A stretch of 63,836 bases of DNA, filler included, from Reclinomonas americana ATCC 50394 (taxonomy: Eukaryota), in NCBI GenBank assembly GCA_048213135.1. It is 8 parts of 5 records of this genome, joined end to end, with 100 filler letters (N's around TTAATTAATTAA, not from the genome) between each part and the next. Parts side by side here need not be neighbours in the genome. Positions count along the whole stretch, not along the records: positions 1 to 18,707 come from PS015484.1; 7 more parts are not named here. The stretch is one strand, 5' to 3'. Position numbers and translations under genes: made by a program. The number at the start of each line of letters is the position of its first letter. Positions within the stretch are counted from its first letter, which is position 1. Of this stretch, positions 1 through 13,548 are shown in pieces. Below the pieces are notes generated by a model. That model had not been told where the DNA came from. It searched no databases and was given only the letters and a program-made list of their open reading frames with translations.

Positions 1-110
1 CCCTCCTTCTCCTTATCCCCATCCTGTTCAATTACACAACACCATTAAAGAAGCAACGTTAACTTCACAACGACGGAGTCCATGTTGTCCCGATCGGAGA
101 TTTGATCATC

Positions 111-1012
111 ATGACCGACGAGGAGCGAAAGCAAGTCGAGGTGCGTTGTGAGTGCTCTTGTGATAACTAAGAGAGAGACTGACTCTCTCCTTCTCACACA
201 CACACACAGCACATCGAGCACTTTGTGGAGCTGCATCGACCATCGCCTCTCGACCATGTCTCCGTGGAGCTCATCACCTCGGCATGCTCATCGCTGCGCA
301 CACGCCTGCAGACAGTGAGTAGTGAGAGTGACGATGTCGACCTCGACACATTGTACACGTATCGCACGCCCAAGCTGAGCGTCGACGGCACCTGCTCCGC
401 ACGACGAGGCGACATGGAGCCGGAGGCCTACGATGTCAGTCGCGCGGGAGTCTTGCACGGAGGCCGCACCCCGCGCAACACGCATATGCTGCTGCAGTTG
501 AGAGCACTGTTGAATGCAGTGCAGGCGGAGACTGGAGTCGGCTGGCTGGGCGTGTACGTGCGACGGGAGGCCGCGGAAGGCGTGCGTCGCGATCCGGCAC
601 TTGTCAAGCTGTCGTATGTGGGATCGCCCTCGCGTGCTGAGTTCCCGCTCACCGCAGAGTTCGCCGCACATAGCAACAACAGGTACATGCATGCATGCAC
701 AGGCTGGCATCTATCGTTGTGCTCATGAGTTGCAGCACTGTGGGTCTCGCGGGCAAGGGCGTGATCATTCAGTCGGTGCAGGCGCACGAGGCAGCAGGTG
801 GCGGCTTCTACGTCTGCGATCCGCACGTCAACAGTGAGGTGTGCTTCCCGTTGCTGGCGGCCGGCGAAGGCGAAGAAGGCAAGCGGAAGGTGCTGGGCAT
901 TATCGATGCTGAGGCGCACGACGAGGACTTTTTCACGCCAGAACGACTGGCGTTCTTTGTGGCACTCTGTGTGGTGCTCCCGGAGGTTATTGCGCCGGCG
1001 TTTGAGGAGTGA
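111..1012 (+). CDS. GAF-domain protein, free methionine-R-sulfoxide reductase (fRMsr/YebR)-like; 3 exons (111-140, 210-682, 736-1012)
   Basis: GT-AG splicing gives an open frame with WLGVY...LVKLSYVGSPSRAEFPL...HSNNSTVG...FYVCDPHVNSEVCFPL...VLGIIDAEAHDEDFF, a GAF fold with fRMsr-type xCD/SE and GIID motifs. Confidence 0.8.
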
Positions 1013-1105
1013 GCGTTGCAACGACGAAGTAAACGTCGCTTGTCTGTCAGTCAGTCATCGATATTCATGTTGAGTGTGTGGAGACATGGTCGTCGCTGGT
1101 CGAGC

Positions 1106-3015
1106 ATGTGGTCTTCCATACGCAGTGCAAGTCCTTTCCCACTGGAGCCACACGCACCGGGCAGTGTGTTTGTGGAGCGCGGAATGCGACATGTGGTGCC
1201 GTATTTCGACGACTTGTCGATGCACGCAAAGCGTGAGAGACAACTCCGCTCGCGCACTACGAGACGCTGCAGATCGCTGACTTGTGTGTGTGTCTCACTG
1301 TAGAGCGACACTATGGGCGATCGTTGATCGATGTGTTGCAGAATGAGTGGCGAGTTGAGTGCATTGTTGATGGTGGTGATCAGTCAGTGCGTTCTGATCG
1401 TCGTCCTCGCAGACCTTTGATCGGCAGTGGTATGCCGCATCGCTGGCTAACGGGCGCATCCGACTGAACGGTCGACTGGCCAGAGGAGGTATGCTCGTGC
1501 ACCTTGCATCTTCATGTCTCTGTCTCGCTTTCTCATCGAGAGTGCATGAGGCAGACGAGGTGCTCGGCAACCGCGATGTCATCTCTCAGTTTCTGCATCG
1601 TCACGAATCGCCCGTGTTGGCCGTGGAGCCGACGATCATTCGCGTGTACGAATCAGAGCTGGTCGCCGTCGACAAACCATCGTCGTGGCCTGTGCATCCG
1701 TGCGCCGGCAGGTGAGCCCTCTCGTCGCGAGTCAGCAGTGATGTTCTTAAGCTTGCTCATATATGGTTCGAGGTGCCAGATTTCATCGCAACACTGTCGT
1801 CGACTTTATGGCTCGTGTGCTGCAGAGGAACACATATCGTGAGTGTGTGTGTTGTGACTGTCGCTGCATGTGCCGACTGCTGACGGTGATGCAGCCGTGC
1901 ACCGATTGGATCGGTTGACCTCGGGACTCCTCCTGCTGGCCACCAACGTGACCGCTGCGCGGCGAATATCCGAGTTGAGTGCTTGCTCCCCTGCCTTTTC
2001 CTACCGTGCTGTATTTGCGAGGATGGAGTGGCTGATGATTTTGGAGTTGCTGTGCAGTTGGTTCGTCAAGAAGCGCGTACAAAAGTGGTACCTGGCACGA
2101 GCGGCAGGCGAGCTGCAGAGCACGTGCGTCGTCGACCTTGTGGCTCGGTGTGCACGTGATGGTTGCTCACCGATGACATATCGCAGTGCGGAATTCGAGA
2201 TCACCACCGGCCTCGAGTGCATAGACGCGCGTGCCGGAGTGTGGCAGTGCATTCCGGCGGCAGGCCTCGACGAGTCACGCACGGCGACTACACGATTTCG
2301 CCGTCTCTACTTTGATCACTCCGCGAATGAGACCGTCGTCCTGTGTTGCGTTTGTCGTGCGTGCGATGCGAGGGGACAGCTTGGTGGGTGCTGAAACTCG
2401 TCGACTGTCATGCACAGGCATGCCAATCACCGGACGAACCCATCAAGTTGCGTTGCGTCGCAAGTTGTCTTCGCCGTCGGCATGCCAACTCACTCGGGCT
2501 GAACGGGGAGACAGATCCGGCTCCACCTGCAACACATCGGCCATCCCCTGGTCGGCGACCCGTGGTACGGAGTCGGGCAGACAGCCGCCGATCACGCCAT
2601 GACAGAAGATGACCGACGAGTCGCCACACGTGCGTTCCCCGGGCCGGGAGTGACCTTGCCACTCCTCTCTGCCGGCGACAACGACAGCGACAAAGCGCAA
2701 CAGCAACCGAACTTGGAGCCACCGTTCCATTTGCAGGTAGACTCGAACGACAGCACGCGGCAGGGAGAGGCGATATCCCGCATCTTCCGTCGACTGGTGG
2801 CCGAGAATTTTGATCCCCACTGCCCCGTGTGCCACGCCAGCAGTTGCAACAGCGTGGTACGCGACCAGTGGATGACGCGACTGGCCGACCAGCAGCACCA
2901 CATCTGCCTGCACGCAATGCGTGTATTGCTACCCGACGGGCGCGTCATCTCCGCCAAATTGCCGACATGGGTGGACCGAAGCCAGTTGTCGCCTGCCGAC
3001 AGCCAATTCCTCTAG
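1106..3015 (+). CDS. RluA-family RNA pseudouridine synthase (RPUSD2/Rib2-like), multi-exon
   Basis: Spliced motifs VVPYF, HRHE, VDKPSSWPVHP, catalytic VHRLDRLTSGLL, VQKWYLAR, PITGRTHQ|IRLHLQHIGHPLVGDPWY, ICLHA. Confidence 0.92.
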
Positions 3016-3074
3016 AGAATGTGTAAAACGTGACACACACACACACACACACACTGTATACCGGATTCCTTCCT

Positions 3075-3630
3075 TCATTGGTGTCGTTTCCGTGCACCAT
3101 GTCTCACGCCGCCAGCAGGCACAGGTGGCACTCGCGAGGAACCATCTGCGCGCCACTCTGTCAGACCGCGCATGTGACGATACGAGCACGAACACGCACA
3201 CACAGCACCTTTTCTTGTGGTCGACCCACTGCCGTGCCGCATGCCGCCTATTGGCATCGGTGGCGTAATGATGCTCACCGATGGCGTGGCGGTCTCTGCC
3301 GCCATTGACGACGACGACGACGATAATGCAGATCGCTGGGGCGGTGAGTCTGCGCAACCCGAAGCGTTTGATGAGTTTGTGTCGGCATCATCCACCTCAA
3401 CGCGCACATACTCACCGTCGTCGGGTAACCGCGAATACAACGACCATATCGAGTAGGCAAACGAGAACTGTGCGCCACCACAGTCAATCACGGAGCACCG
3501 TGCACCGCGTCCATCACCCGCCGCAACTTCGAGCATTTGCAGGAACAACAGCGAGGCCACCGACACCACAACGTACTTGAACTCGGGATCGGCGACACCG
3601 CCCGGTGGCAACGTGGTGTTGGCCAGCAGG
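3075..3630 (-). CDS. 3' part of a hypothetical membrane protein (runs out of a gap)
   Basis: Hydrophobic FKYVVVSVASLLFLQMLE|FSFAYSIWSLYSRL followed by a Ser-rich tail; two in-frame introns; TGA at 3075. Confidence 0.55.
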
Positions 3631-4681
3631 NNNNNNNNNNNNNNNNNNNNNNNNNNNNNNNNNNNNNNNNNNNNNNNNNNNNNNNNNNNNNNNNNNNNNN
3701 NNNNNNNNNNNNNNNNNNNNNNNNNNNNNNNNNNNNNNNNNNNNNNNNNNNNNNNNNNNNNNNNNNNNNNNNNNNNNNNNNNNNNNNNNNNNNNNNNNNN
3801 NNNNNNNNNNNNNNNNNNNNNNNNNNNNNNNNNNNNNNNNNNNNNNNNNNNNNNNNNNNNNNNNNNNNNNNNNNNNNNNNNNNNNNNNNNNNNNNNNNNN
3901 NNNNNNNNNNNNNNNNNNNNNNNNNNNNNNNNNNNNNNNNNNNNNNNNNNNNNNNNNNNNNNNNNNNNNNNNNNNNNNNNNNNNNNNNNNNNNNNNNNNN
4001 NNNNNNNNNNNNNNNNNNNNNNNNNNNNNNNNNNNNNNNNNNNNNNNNNNNNNNNNNNNNNNNNNNNNNNNNNNNNNNNNNNNNNNNNNNNNNNNNNNNN
4101 NNNNNNNNNNNNNNNNNNNNNNNNNNNNNNNNNNNNNNNNNNNNNNNNNNNNNNNNNNNNNNNNNNNNNNNNNNNNNNNNNNNNNNNNNNNNNNNNNNNN
4201 NNNNNNNNNNNNNNNNNNNNNNNNNNNNNNNNNNNNNNNNNNNNNNNNNNNNNNNNNNNNNNNNNNNNNNNNNNNNNNNNNNNNNNNNNNNNNNNNNNNN
4301 NNNNNNNNNNNNNNNNNNNNNNNNNNNNNNNNNNNNNNNNNNNNNNNNNNNNNNNNNNNNNNNNNNNNNNNNNNNNNNNNNNNNNNNNNNNNNNNNNNNN
4401 NNNNNNNNNNNNNNNNNNNNNNNNNNNNNNNNNNNNNNNNNNNNNNNNNNNNNNNNNNNNNNNNNNNNNNNNNNNNNNNNNNNNNNNNNNNNNNNNNNNN
4501 NNNNNNNNNNNNNNNNNNNNNNNNNNNNNNNNNNNNNNNNNNNNNNNNNNNNNNNNNNNNNNNNNNNNNGAGGGCGCAGAGGCTGAGGTTGGTGTGGTTG
4601 CTGCTGAGGATGAGGCCATCTAATCAATCTTTGTAGAGTCGTCGATTGCAGTGGATGATGGAATCCTTATCTTGTGGCACC

Positions 4682-5632
4682 ATGGGGCGTCAACGTTGCG
4701 TGTCTCAGCTCCTGTGCATGCGTGTGTCTCAATGTGAGAGGGGGAGAGTGTGTGTGTGTGTGTGCGCGCGCTGAGGGTGTGTCTGTCGCCGAGACATGTC
4801 GACTTTCCCGCCTCCTCCTCACACACTCGCATGCGCAGGGCGACAAGTGCAGCTTCCATCAGCACCACCACCACCACAAGCAGTTGTGCATTACACTCCC
4901 GACACACACACACTCACACCAGTCGCTCACTTGCATGTGCGTGTGTGCGCAGGAGGAAGAGGCAGAAGCGGACGACGCAGCCTATGTCGACGACAACGAC
5001 GATGATGTGGTGACTGGCGAGGACGATGAGCAGCAGGAGGGAGACGATGAGGACGACATTGATGATGATGCAGCTGCTCCAGTCCACGATGCATACAACG
5101 ACGATGATGACGACGATGATGATGATGATGAGTCTGACATGTCAGAGTCGGAAGTGCGTGCACTGCGCATGCATCTCGGGCGTCCGTGGAAGCTCGGCCA
5201 CAGAGGAGATGTTGATGATGATGATTATGGGGAGGGAGAGGGGGAGGATGATGACGGCGACGATGGGTTGAGAGCGGCGGTGCATGCGCATCGGTTTCCG
5301 GATGCCGAGAGCTCGGCCACGGCGCAGGTGATGGCGTGGGAGATGCAGGAGCAGGAGGCGAGAGTGACGCGGCATGCGCAGTGGGCGGCGTACATCTGTG
5401 CTGTGGATATGGTGTGTCTGTTGGGAGAAAGGGGGGGGAGAAGAGGAGACAACTGTGTGTGGACTAAAAACGTGCGTGTGCAGGTGCTGTGCTTCCGGCT
5501 GTTCCTGAAAAAGCCACACATCCGCACGGCCTTTGGTCTCCTGTTCTCCTCCAGTGGACTCATTGGATCGCTGTCGCAGAAGAAGGGCATGGTGCTCATG
5601 GTGCGTGTGTGCTCGTACTGTGTGTGTGTTAC
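4682..5632 (+). CDS. 5' part of a hypothetical membrane protein with a long acidic N-terminus (runs into a gap)
   Basis: Asp/Glu tract, then WAAYICAVDM|VLCFRLF...TAFGLLFSSSGLIGSLSQKKGMVLM| with GT-AG introns; start codon uncertain (4655 or 4682). Confidence 0.55.
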
Positions 5633-5952
5633 NNNNNNNNNNNNNNNNNNNNNNNNNNNNNNNNNNNNNNNNNNNNNNNNNNNNNNNNNNNNNNNNNNNN
5701 NNNNNNNNNNNNNNNNNNNNNNNNNNNNNNNNNNNNNNNNNNNNNNNNNNNNNNNNNNNNNNNNNNNNNNNNNNNNNNNNNNNNNNNNNNNNNNNNNNNN
5801 NNNNNNNNNNNNNNNNNNNNNNNNNNNNNNNNNNNNNNNNNNNNNNNNNNNNNNNNNNNNNNNNNNNNNNNNNNNNNNNNNNNNNNNNNNNNNNNGCGTG
5901 GACAACTGCGCTTCTCCTGTGTCTGTCTGTCTGTGCGTCTCATGTCCGCGAG

Positions 5953-8386
5953 GTCAGACGCTGAGCATTGTGCTCAAGGCCGTCTGTCGACGCAAGTGGC
6001 GCAACTTTAGCTTTGATGTGCTGGAACTGGTGTGTGGCTTTGATGGCGCCGATGAGTTTTTTGGCACGCTGCTGCGTAAGTGTCGAGCTGTTCTCGAGTC
6101 TATTGGCTTTGGTGTGTCTTTTAGTGTGTTTTGCACGTCCGTCGGATGCCTGCGTCGTTGTGTTCACACGGTGGTGCAGTCGAACTGAAGATCGCCGTCA
6201 TGGAGGTGCTGGTCACGGTGGCCATGGCACACTCGAATGTCAACCTCAATGCGCTGCTCGAGTACTTTGTGTTGCACGATCTCACAGAGCCAATACTAGG
6301 GGTCTGTGTTTGTGTGCGTGCCACCTTCTCTTCTCGTCACTGGCTCTGACGGTTGTGTGCTGCTGACAGCTGCTGTGCGAAGTCAATGACAATCAGCAGG
6401 TCGTGCTTGATATTTTCGTGTTTCTCGCCGTGCTGATCAACTATCAGCGGCACGAGGCCGCCAACGTGTACTTGCGCAAACTCAACGAGCTGAAGCGACC
6501 CGAGTACTTTGAGGTGCGTGACCGCTTGTGTGACGGAGATGCCCTCTTATATTCACGTCGATCACAACAGAGTGTGTGTACCTCGCTGTACGTTCTCCTC
6601 TCCACCTGGCATCGAGTGTTTGCCGACTCGTCGCAAGCTCAGTCGGGCCTCCTCCCCTCGCTGTTCTCCATCTTTTCGGTGGTGGCAGAATCGCTCAACA
6701 TTCCTCCATTATTCGCGGCCTCCACCAACTCGTCGCAGACGTTGCGCATGCATGCACCTGTCATTCTTCGTCTTCTCGTCGATCTGTTCAACGCTCTTCG
6801 CGCAGATTCTATGTCATTGGCGCGCCCCTGCTGGTGCTCTTCGAGTTGTGCTGCTCCAACGACGCCTTTCTCACGTTTGTCACCACCGAGATGCCGCGTG
6901 TATGTTTGGCCGTGTACCGCGAACAGTTCACGCAGGCGGTGGTCCAGGAGGGCGGTCCATCGTCGGCACCACCCTCAACGGCAGCAACGGGAGAGAGTGC
7001 CCCGACCGCCGTGTTTCCGGATGCAGGTTCGTGTGCTGTTTATCCTTGTGACTCGTGTGTGTGCGTGTGTGTGTCGACCAACATCTGCCGACAACAGACT
7101 GTTATCTGCCGCCATTCTTGGGCGAGTTTATCATGATCTCCAATGTTATTCTTCTCGACAACAAGAGCGAACGCAATCGCCTCTACTCGAAACTCTGTCT
7201 CCTCATCTACCGGTGTCTGTCGGAGAACCTGGCTGCCTGCCGATTCCTGTTCAGGCAACTGTGCATCTGCAGCATCACCACGTGCTCGCGAGTTGCGTGT
7301 CACAAAGTTCAATCGTGGGGTGGAAACGGCTTGGTGGCTCATGCCTCACCGAGTACGCACGCACCAGGACGGCGAGCGTTTCTATCTCGAGCCGTGGGAA
7401 TTCTGTGGACGTCCCGTGCAGGCCGTATTACCAGTGTTGGCCGGCTACATGCGTAACTTTGCGAAGCGGAACCTGGATGTCGAGATATGGAGGTTTGCCT
7501 TTCTGTGTGTCTCGCCATTCTCCGCGGTGAGCTGACGGAGGAGAGCAGTGTGTGCACCGATGTTTTCCATCGCCTGGTCTGTTACGCACATGCCAACAAG
7601 CACAAGCTGGCGATTGACTGGAAGCTGATGTGGTCGGCGCTGCTGAGGTGGGTGTCATGCTGAGTCTGCAATGTGTTGCTGGTTGCATGTTGACGCGCAG
7701 CTGCACAGCTGCACGCCATTCATCTCCGACGACACAGTCTCGACACCGCGTGGAGAACAATTTTTGATGAATGTTGCGCAGGTGGTGGTGCCGCGCGATG
7801 TTGTGTCGCCCTTTGACTCACCGAGTCCGATTGCAGTATCTCATGACGCTGGAGTTGTGTGTGGTCGGTGGCCAGAAGTTTGTGCCCGACGCCGAGGAGA
7901 TGGATTTCTTGTTTTTTGAGTTGTTGCGATTGGAGGACGAGGTGCTCGCCACCATCCACCTGGGTGCGTGTGTGAACCCCGATTGAGTGGCACTGCGAGT
8001 TTTCACGACCTCATGTGCGTGGTACGCATGTGCACAGGGAGGAAACTGCGCAGTCGGCTGTGCGAGTTTCGGAATCTAGAGGCTGTGTTTACGCATTTTG
8101 GTCCCGTATTACGTGGGCAAGTGTTTCACGAAACCGAAGAGGTCGGTGTACACTTGTTGAACAACGGTGTGTTTCTCTGCGCATTCCCATTGTTTGTGTC
8201 TGTGCGCAGGCACTCGCGGTGCTCAAGTTGCATGCCGATTCGTTTACACCACGAGAGGAAGTAATGGGACTCGTGGACTCGTGGGAGGCCTATCGCCCAG
8301 CCGAGGACCTCGCATATTTCGGGCAGCTGTTGGTACACGTCGCACGGGAGAACTGGGATGTGCGACAACAAGAGGGCGACAAGTAA
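5953..8386 (+). CDS. ARMH3: Armadillo-like helical domain protein 3 (C10orf76/UPF0668 family), 5' end in gap
   Basis: Spliced blocks FDVLELVCGFDGAD, NVNLNALLEYF, FLAVLINYQRHEAANVYLRKL, LYSKLCLLIYRCLSEN, DWKLMWSALL, GQKFVPDAEEMDFLFFELLR follow the ARMH3 motif order. Confidence 0.8.
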
Positions 8387-8552
8387 TTGTAGCAACACAA
8401 TCTCTCTCACACATATTTCATTACCGGAGGCGGGTGGGGGGGACGCCCACGCAGTCTACAAAGGGGGCAAACAGGACACATAACATGTGCACGTGCGCGA
8501 CAGACGCACATGCATACTACGAAGAGGGCTAATTTAGAAGGATGCGCGTCGC

Positions 8553-11500
8553 TCAACTGTCATCCTCGGCTTCCTCAGCTTCCTGTTCTGCAATCGCTTG
8601 CTTGGCCTCGTAGTTGGCTTGTGCTTGTGCCAGCGCATGATGGAAAAGCGTCTGACTCGCTCCCGGCAGTACCGCACAGAGGCCGCCCAAAAACGCACCC
8701 TCGTCTGCAAAAAAACAAATGTCACTTTGTGAGCGAGAAAAACTAGAGCAGCGAGTGTCGGCGTACACTCAAATACGCAACGCTCATTGAGCTCCGCAAA
8801 GAACATGTGCGCATCGACTTCGTCAAGCGGTGACGTGTACGTGGTGATGTCGTCAATTTCCTGACCACGCTCATCCACATCCGGATCATCGACACCAAAT
8901 CGACCCTTGGCTTGAAGCTCGGCGCGCTTCGCCTCGTCAATCTGCGACTCAGCAAAATGAGTTGATCGCAGCAGCAACAAGAACAGCTAGCGGCGCGATA
9001 TCCACTCACGTCTTGCATGAATCGCTGAATCACGAGCGCATCCTCCTTCTCCAGGAAAGCGTCGCCGGACTTTACACGCAAGCGCAGCGCATTTGAGATG
9101 GTGGAAGCGGACACACAAAGGGGGAAACGAGCACGCACCTCAGGCTTCCTTTCGAGTTCGTCGTCGAGGTCAATGATGTCGTTCAGACCGTCATCGTCGT
9201 CGTCGCAGGATGGGTTGTTTTCCGCTGTCGTCCCAAACACACACATTGTCACATTTCAGCAAGTCGAACAAGCAAGAGAAAGGCTCCACACATTAAAGCA
9301 GACCTTCAACAGCATCCGCCAGTCGTGACAGTGCGTCAACCAGCACCTGCAACACCAGTGCAGCGTTCTCCGTCACCAGTGCCGGCACTCCCGGTTGTTG
9401 CATGATCGACAGCAGCGAAATCAGACCGAGGCACGTCATCTTTAGGTCGTGCGAACTGCCGGTGTTTGAAAAGCACAAAAATTGAGTGATTACAATCAGC
9501 AGCAGACGGACCAATGTGCGCGACGCACCGAGTCAATTGCGGAATAGCATCCATCCATTTGGAGAATGCAGCACCAGTGTGGCCGTGGTGCTCCAGCGAC
9601 TGCAATGCCAGCGTCGGGTCGTAGTAGAAGCAATCGGCAATCTGCAACACGACCACGACAGTGAATCCCACAGGCGAAGGAAACGGCGACAAGTCTGTCA
9701 CACGCACCACATCGACCAACTGGATAGTGAAGCGCATCTTCTGTGGCGGCTTGGCCACCAGACGCCTCAACGACATCTCCAGGAACTTGGGTATGCACTC
9801 GTCGATCTTGCCTCTGCACACTCGACGAAGTTAGCCATGGAGGCGAACACTTGTACACACACCCCTCCTCCCCCTCTCACTCGAGAGTCACAGCAAGCGC
9901 GGCAGGTGTCACGAAGTCTCAGTTCAAAGTTGTCATCAACAAAAAAGATTATCAGTGCTTCTTAGAAGGTAAACCATCATAGACTGCGTGCGGCGCTGCA
10001 GGACCCAAACAAGAAATCTTCCTCTCCCCCCTCCACCCCATGCAACTCGCCTGCAGTGATGCAACAGAGCCTCCATCATGATTGCGGCAGCACGAGGCTC
10101 CTTTTCCGACGTATCATTTGTGCTGTCCACACACTGCACGCAAGTGTCCCCCCACGGTCAGCCAACAATGTCGACAGGAGTAGACAAGAGTTGCAGACTG
10201 AGCGACGAACCAACTCGCACATCTCCATCACCATCGCCAAGTAATTGTCTTCCGGGGTACCGCGCAAGAACACGTCCACGTCGTGCGACAGGAAGTTCTC
10301 AAACACCGGTTCAATCTCTGCGCACCACGCGTGAGAAGAGTGGAGACAGTGCCCTCTTCTGTGCACTTCACATCTCACCTTGGAAGTAGTCTCGAGCACC
10401 TCCAGTGACGAACAGCGCATACAGACGACGCATGAATCCATACGTCTGCGGCGAGATCACTTGCGTGACAAACAGGAAACTCGACATGATGCGGCACACT
10501 TCGTCCAAAGAGTCTGCACAAACGGACGGATGTGAGTGTCTCGCGCGCGCATGAGAGACGTGGTGTGAGGTATCGTACAACGCACCGAGCTCCGACTCCT
10601 CGTCCGCCAACATGAGATTGAAAAAGTGGTACAGATACTGTTCCATCTCCAGGTAGATCTCCGGTGACGTCTGCACCGTCTCCAACAGCGTCTGCAGCGT
10701 CTTCAGGGTGGCGATGCCGGAGTAAATAATCTCCTGCGTCGCGTTGCCGTCCTTCATTTCTGCGTGGTAGCCGTAGTACACTTGCAACTGAAAATCACGA
10801 TCAAGTCAGTCAACAGATGGGGGGCGGGACGGGGAGAACAAGGACACACCAGACGATGCAACAGCTCGGCAGCCAGCGGAGAAATAACTTCGCCAAAGTT
10901 GACCACGAGTGCCTCCACTCCCGTCACCAGCTCGTCACTCTCAAACTCCGACATGAGTTGCAGCATCTTCTCCGTCAGCTCCGGCACCAGAGGAGCCAGA
11001 TGTTCGTTGACTGCTCGAAGACGGAGCATACATATTATGAGCACACGAGTAGTGGGGCGAAAAAGGCAATCACACACGTCGCGCCGAAACTCTTGTCCTC
11101 CTGAATAATCTCACGCATGGTTTGCGCCGCGTACACTCGCACCACCAGATCGGTCGAGGTGCACATCGAGTTCCACACACCCTCTGTCAGCTGCAGCAGA
11201 TTGTTGATGTCATTCCACTCGACCAGTGAAAACTTGTACACCAGCGCAATCGCCTGCCACGGGAAACAGTCAGCTCTTTGCCTCCCTCTCTCTCACCGAG
11301 CGAACAAGCATATCACAACGCAACTCGCGCTCGCAGATACACCACATCCGACGACAACTCCGGGTACACGTGAGTCATCAAAAAGCCCTCCATGTCGTGC
11401 TTGTTGCTCGTCGACATCAACAGCACGCCCAACTCTTCCACCNNNNNNNNNNNNNNNNNNNNNNGCGTACAGCGCCGCCTCCTTGTACAGCGTGTTACGC

Positions 11501-13548
11501 TCAGCAGGCGGCTGCGCATTGTACCTGCAGAAATGAACAGGCGGTGAGCCTACACGACGCGGTGAGACACAAAAAGGAAGGAGAACGCAACGAGTCCAAG
11601 AACTGCGAGATAAAATCCAACAGCGGGCGCATTGTCGACTTCTTTGGTCGATTGGCCAACATCGACTCCAGCACCGCACAAGCGGTTTTGCGCACAGACC
11701 GCACCTCATTAGCGACATCTGTGTGCACAGCACACGATTTGGTGAGATCGGGGAGAGACAAGCACTGAGGCACCAGCACCACAAACCATATTCAATGTGC
11801 AAGTAATCGTCGGGGGCCTCACGCCACATTGCCAGTGCCTCGTCGGTGAGCAACACCAACGGGAGGACGTACTCTGTCATGAATGTCAGGGCGTGTGGCC
11901 GAATAATATCCCACGCGTCAGCAAGAGTGATGCTGGGGGAGGGGAAGGAGGCGACGATCATGAGTGATGCGCCCTCTCCACATGGTGGGGAGAAATGAGA
12001 ACAGCTACTCACGCGCACTCGAAAAAGGTGCATGCGTGCACCACAATCGGGTCCGACACCGAGCTCGGGTTGTCTCTCCGCAGCTGCAAGATGTGCAAGA
12101 ATGCCTCCGTGCACGGCGCCGAGCACGACTCCAAGAACCGGGCTGAAAAGAGATTGATGCGTACATCCTTGCTCATTGTTGTCATGCGACCATGTCTGTG
12201 CGGCACACAAACGCGCTATGATGAGCGATGGACGTCCATTGACACGATACACATAACATACACACAGACCTGATAAAGTACTGCGACAATGTGTGTGCCG
12301 CCGCCCTCTTCATCGTCCATATGATGTGCTCGCTGCACACGTCTGGGTGCGTGTTGCCCGGGAATGTCGGCGGCGTGAGATACAACACACGGACCAGCAA
12401 CTCGACCACAGCATTCATAATCTCGAATCTCTCCAAAAAGACCGGCGGCAATTCGCACTGGTGTGGTGGCGCGAGGTCGAGTGTCAATCACCGCGGCGGT
12501 AACGATGACAAAGGCATGAGGCACTCACCGTGGTCATGTACTGCACAATCTTCAAGCACAGCCACGTGTATGTGGCGCGCGCGGCCACCACCGGCGGCAG
12601 GCTCGGTGCGTACTCTGCGCATGTCAACGACTGCGTGAGCTGCCGGAGAAACATTTCCGCAGCACAGCCACCAACAAAACCTTTTCCGTTCAGTTCCGCC
12701 TCCAGCTCCGACACGGTGGTCTGCAGGAACCCGCCAAACACCTCAATCGACTCGGCGCAATAGGCCACCAGTGGGTGACGCTCATCCTTGCGCTTCTTTC
12801 TACAGATTCAAGGGGAAGCAAAGTGAGTGTCTGCGGGGGAGGAAGATGGAGTAAAAAAAGGGAGACGACCCACCTGTACACATAGCAGAACTGCTTGGCC
12901 AAGAGCAGACCCGCATGCACCTCCTCCGGATCGCTGCTCGCCAACAAGCGCGAGATATCGGCGAGGAGCGTGGGAATGCCGCTCTTCTTCTGCACCACTT
13001 CCACACAGTACAACAGCTGATTCCGCACAATCGGCAGCGCCACGACAGTCGCCGCCACAATGTGCTGCAAAAAGTAGTGTTTGTCCTCGTCGTTCAGTGG
13101 CGCGTACAACTCCGGAACGCCAGTCCATCTGTGGCCACAGCACAGAGAGAGAGAGAGGCAGTTGAGCAAGAGGGAGATGAGGTGGGACACGTGAGAGGGC
13201 GAGTGAGATAGAGAGCGGGAGAGAGCGGGAGTCACATTTGAGCTCTTTCACGCACCTGAAGCGGATGAGGTTCTTCAGTTGCACCGAGGCCGCTTGCCGC
13301 ACATGCGGCTCATACTGCGCGTCCAGTGACACCTCAAAGAGCACTTGGATGAAGCCAGCCGAGTTGAACAAGTGCTACCAACACACAAACACAAACAAAA
13401 GCGTGTGTCTGCACATGCGCACATGCCCATGCCCACACACCAGACGCTCACTCACCTGCTCCACGTACTCCGCCGCGCGCTGCCTCTCTGCCGCATCCGC
13501 CAGCGCCGAGTACGACAAGTGCAGAAGATGGGCAAGCTCCGCGCTCAT
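8553..13548 (-). CDS. IPO7: Importin-7/8 (Nmd5/SAD2-like karyopherin beta), about 20 exons
   Basis: IBN_N motif VRQAASVQLKNLIRFRW, MWREAPDDYL, YKEAALY, HVYPELSSDVVYLRARA, IADCFYYDPTLAL, HDLKMTCLGL, acidic C-terminus with YTSPLDEVD. Confidence 0.88.
9915..9985 (-). ncRNA. Intronic box C/D snoRNA, U61/SNORD61-like guide for 18S rRNA
   Basis: Minus strand reads AGTCT-ATGATGG (box C)...CCTTCTAAGAAGCA-CTGA (D')...TGATGA (C')...CTGA (D)-GACT; terminal stem present; the D' guide is complementary to conserved SSU rRNA CUUCUUAGAGGG; it lies in an unusually long importin intron. Confidence 0.85.
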
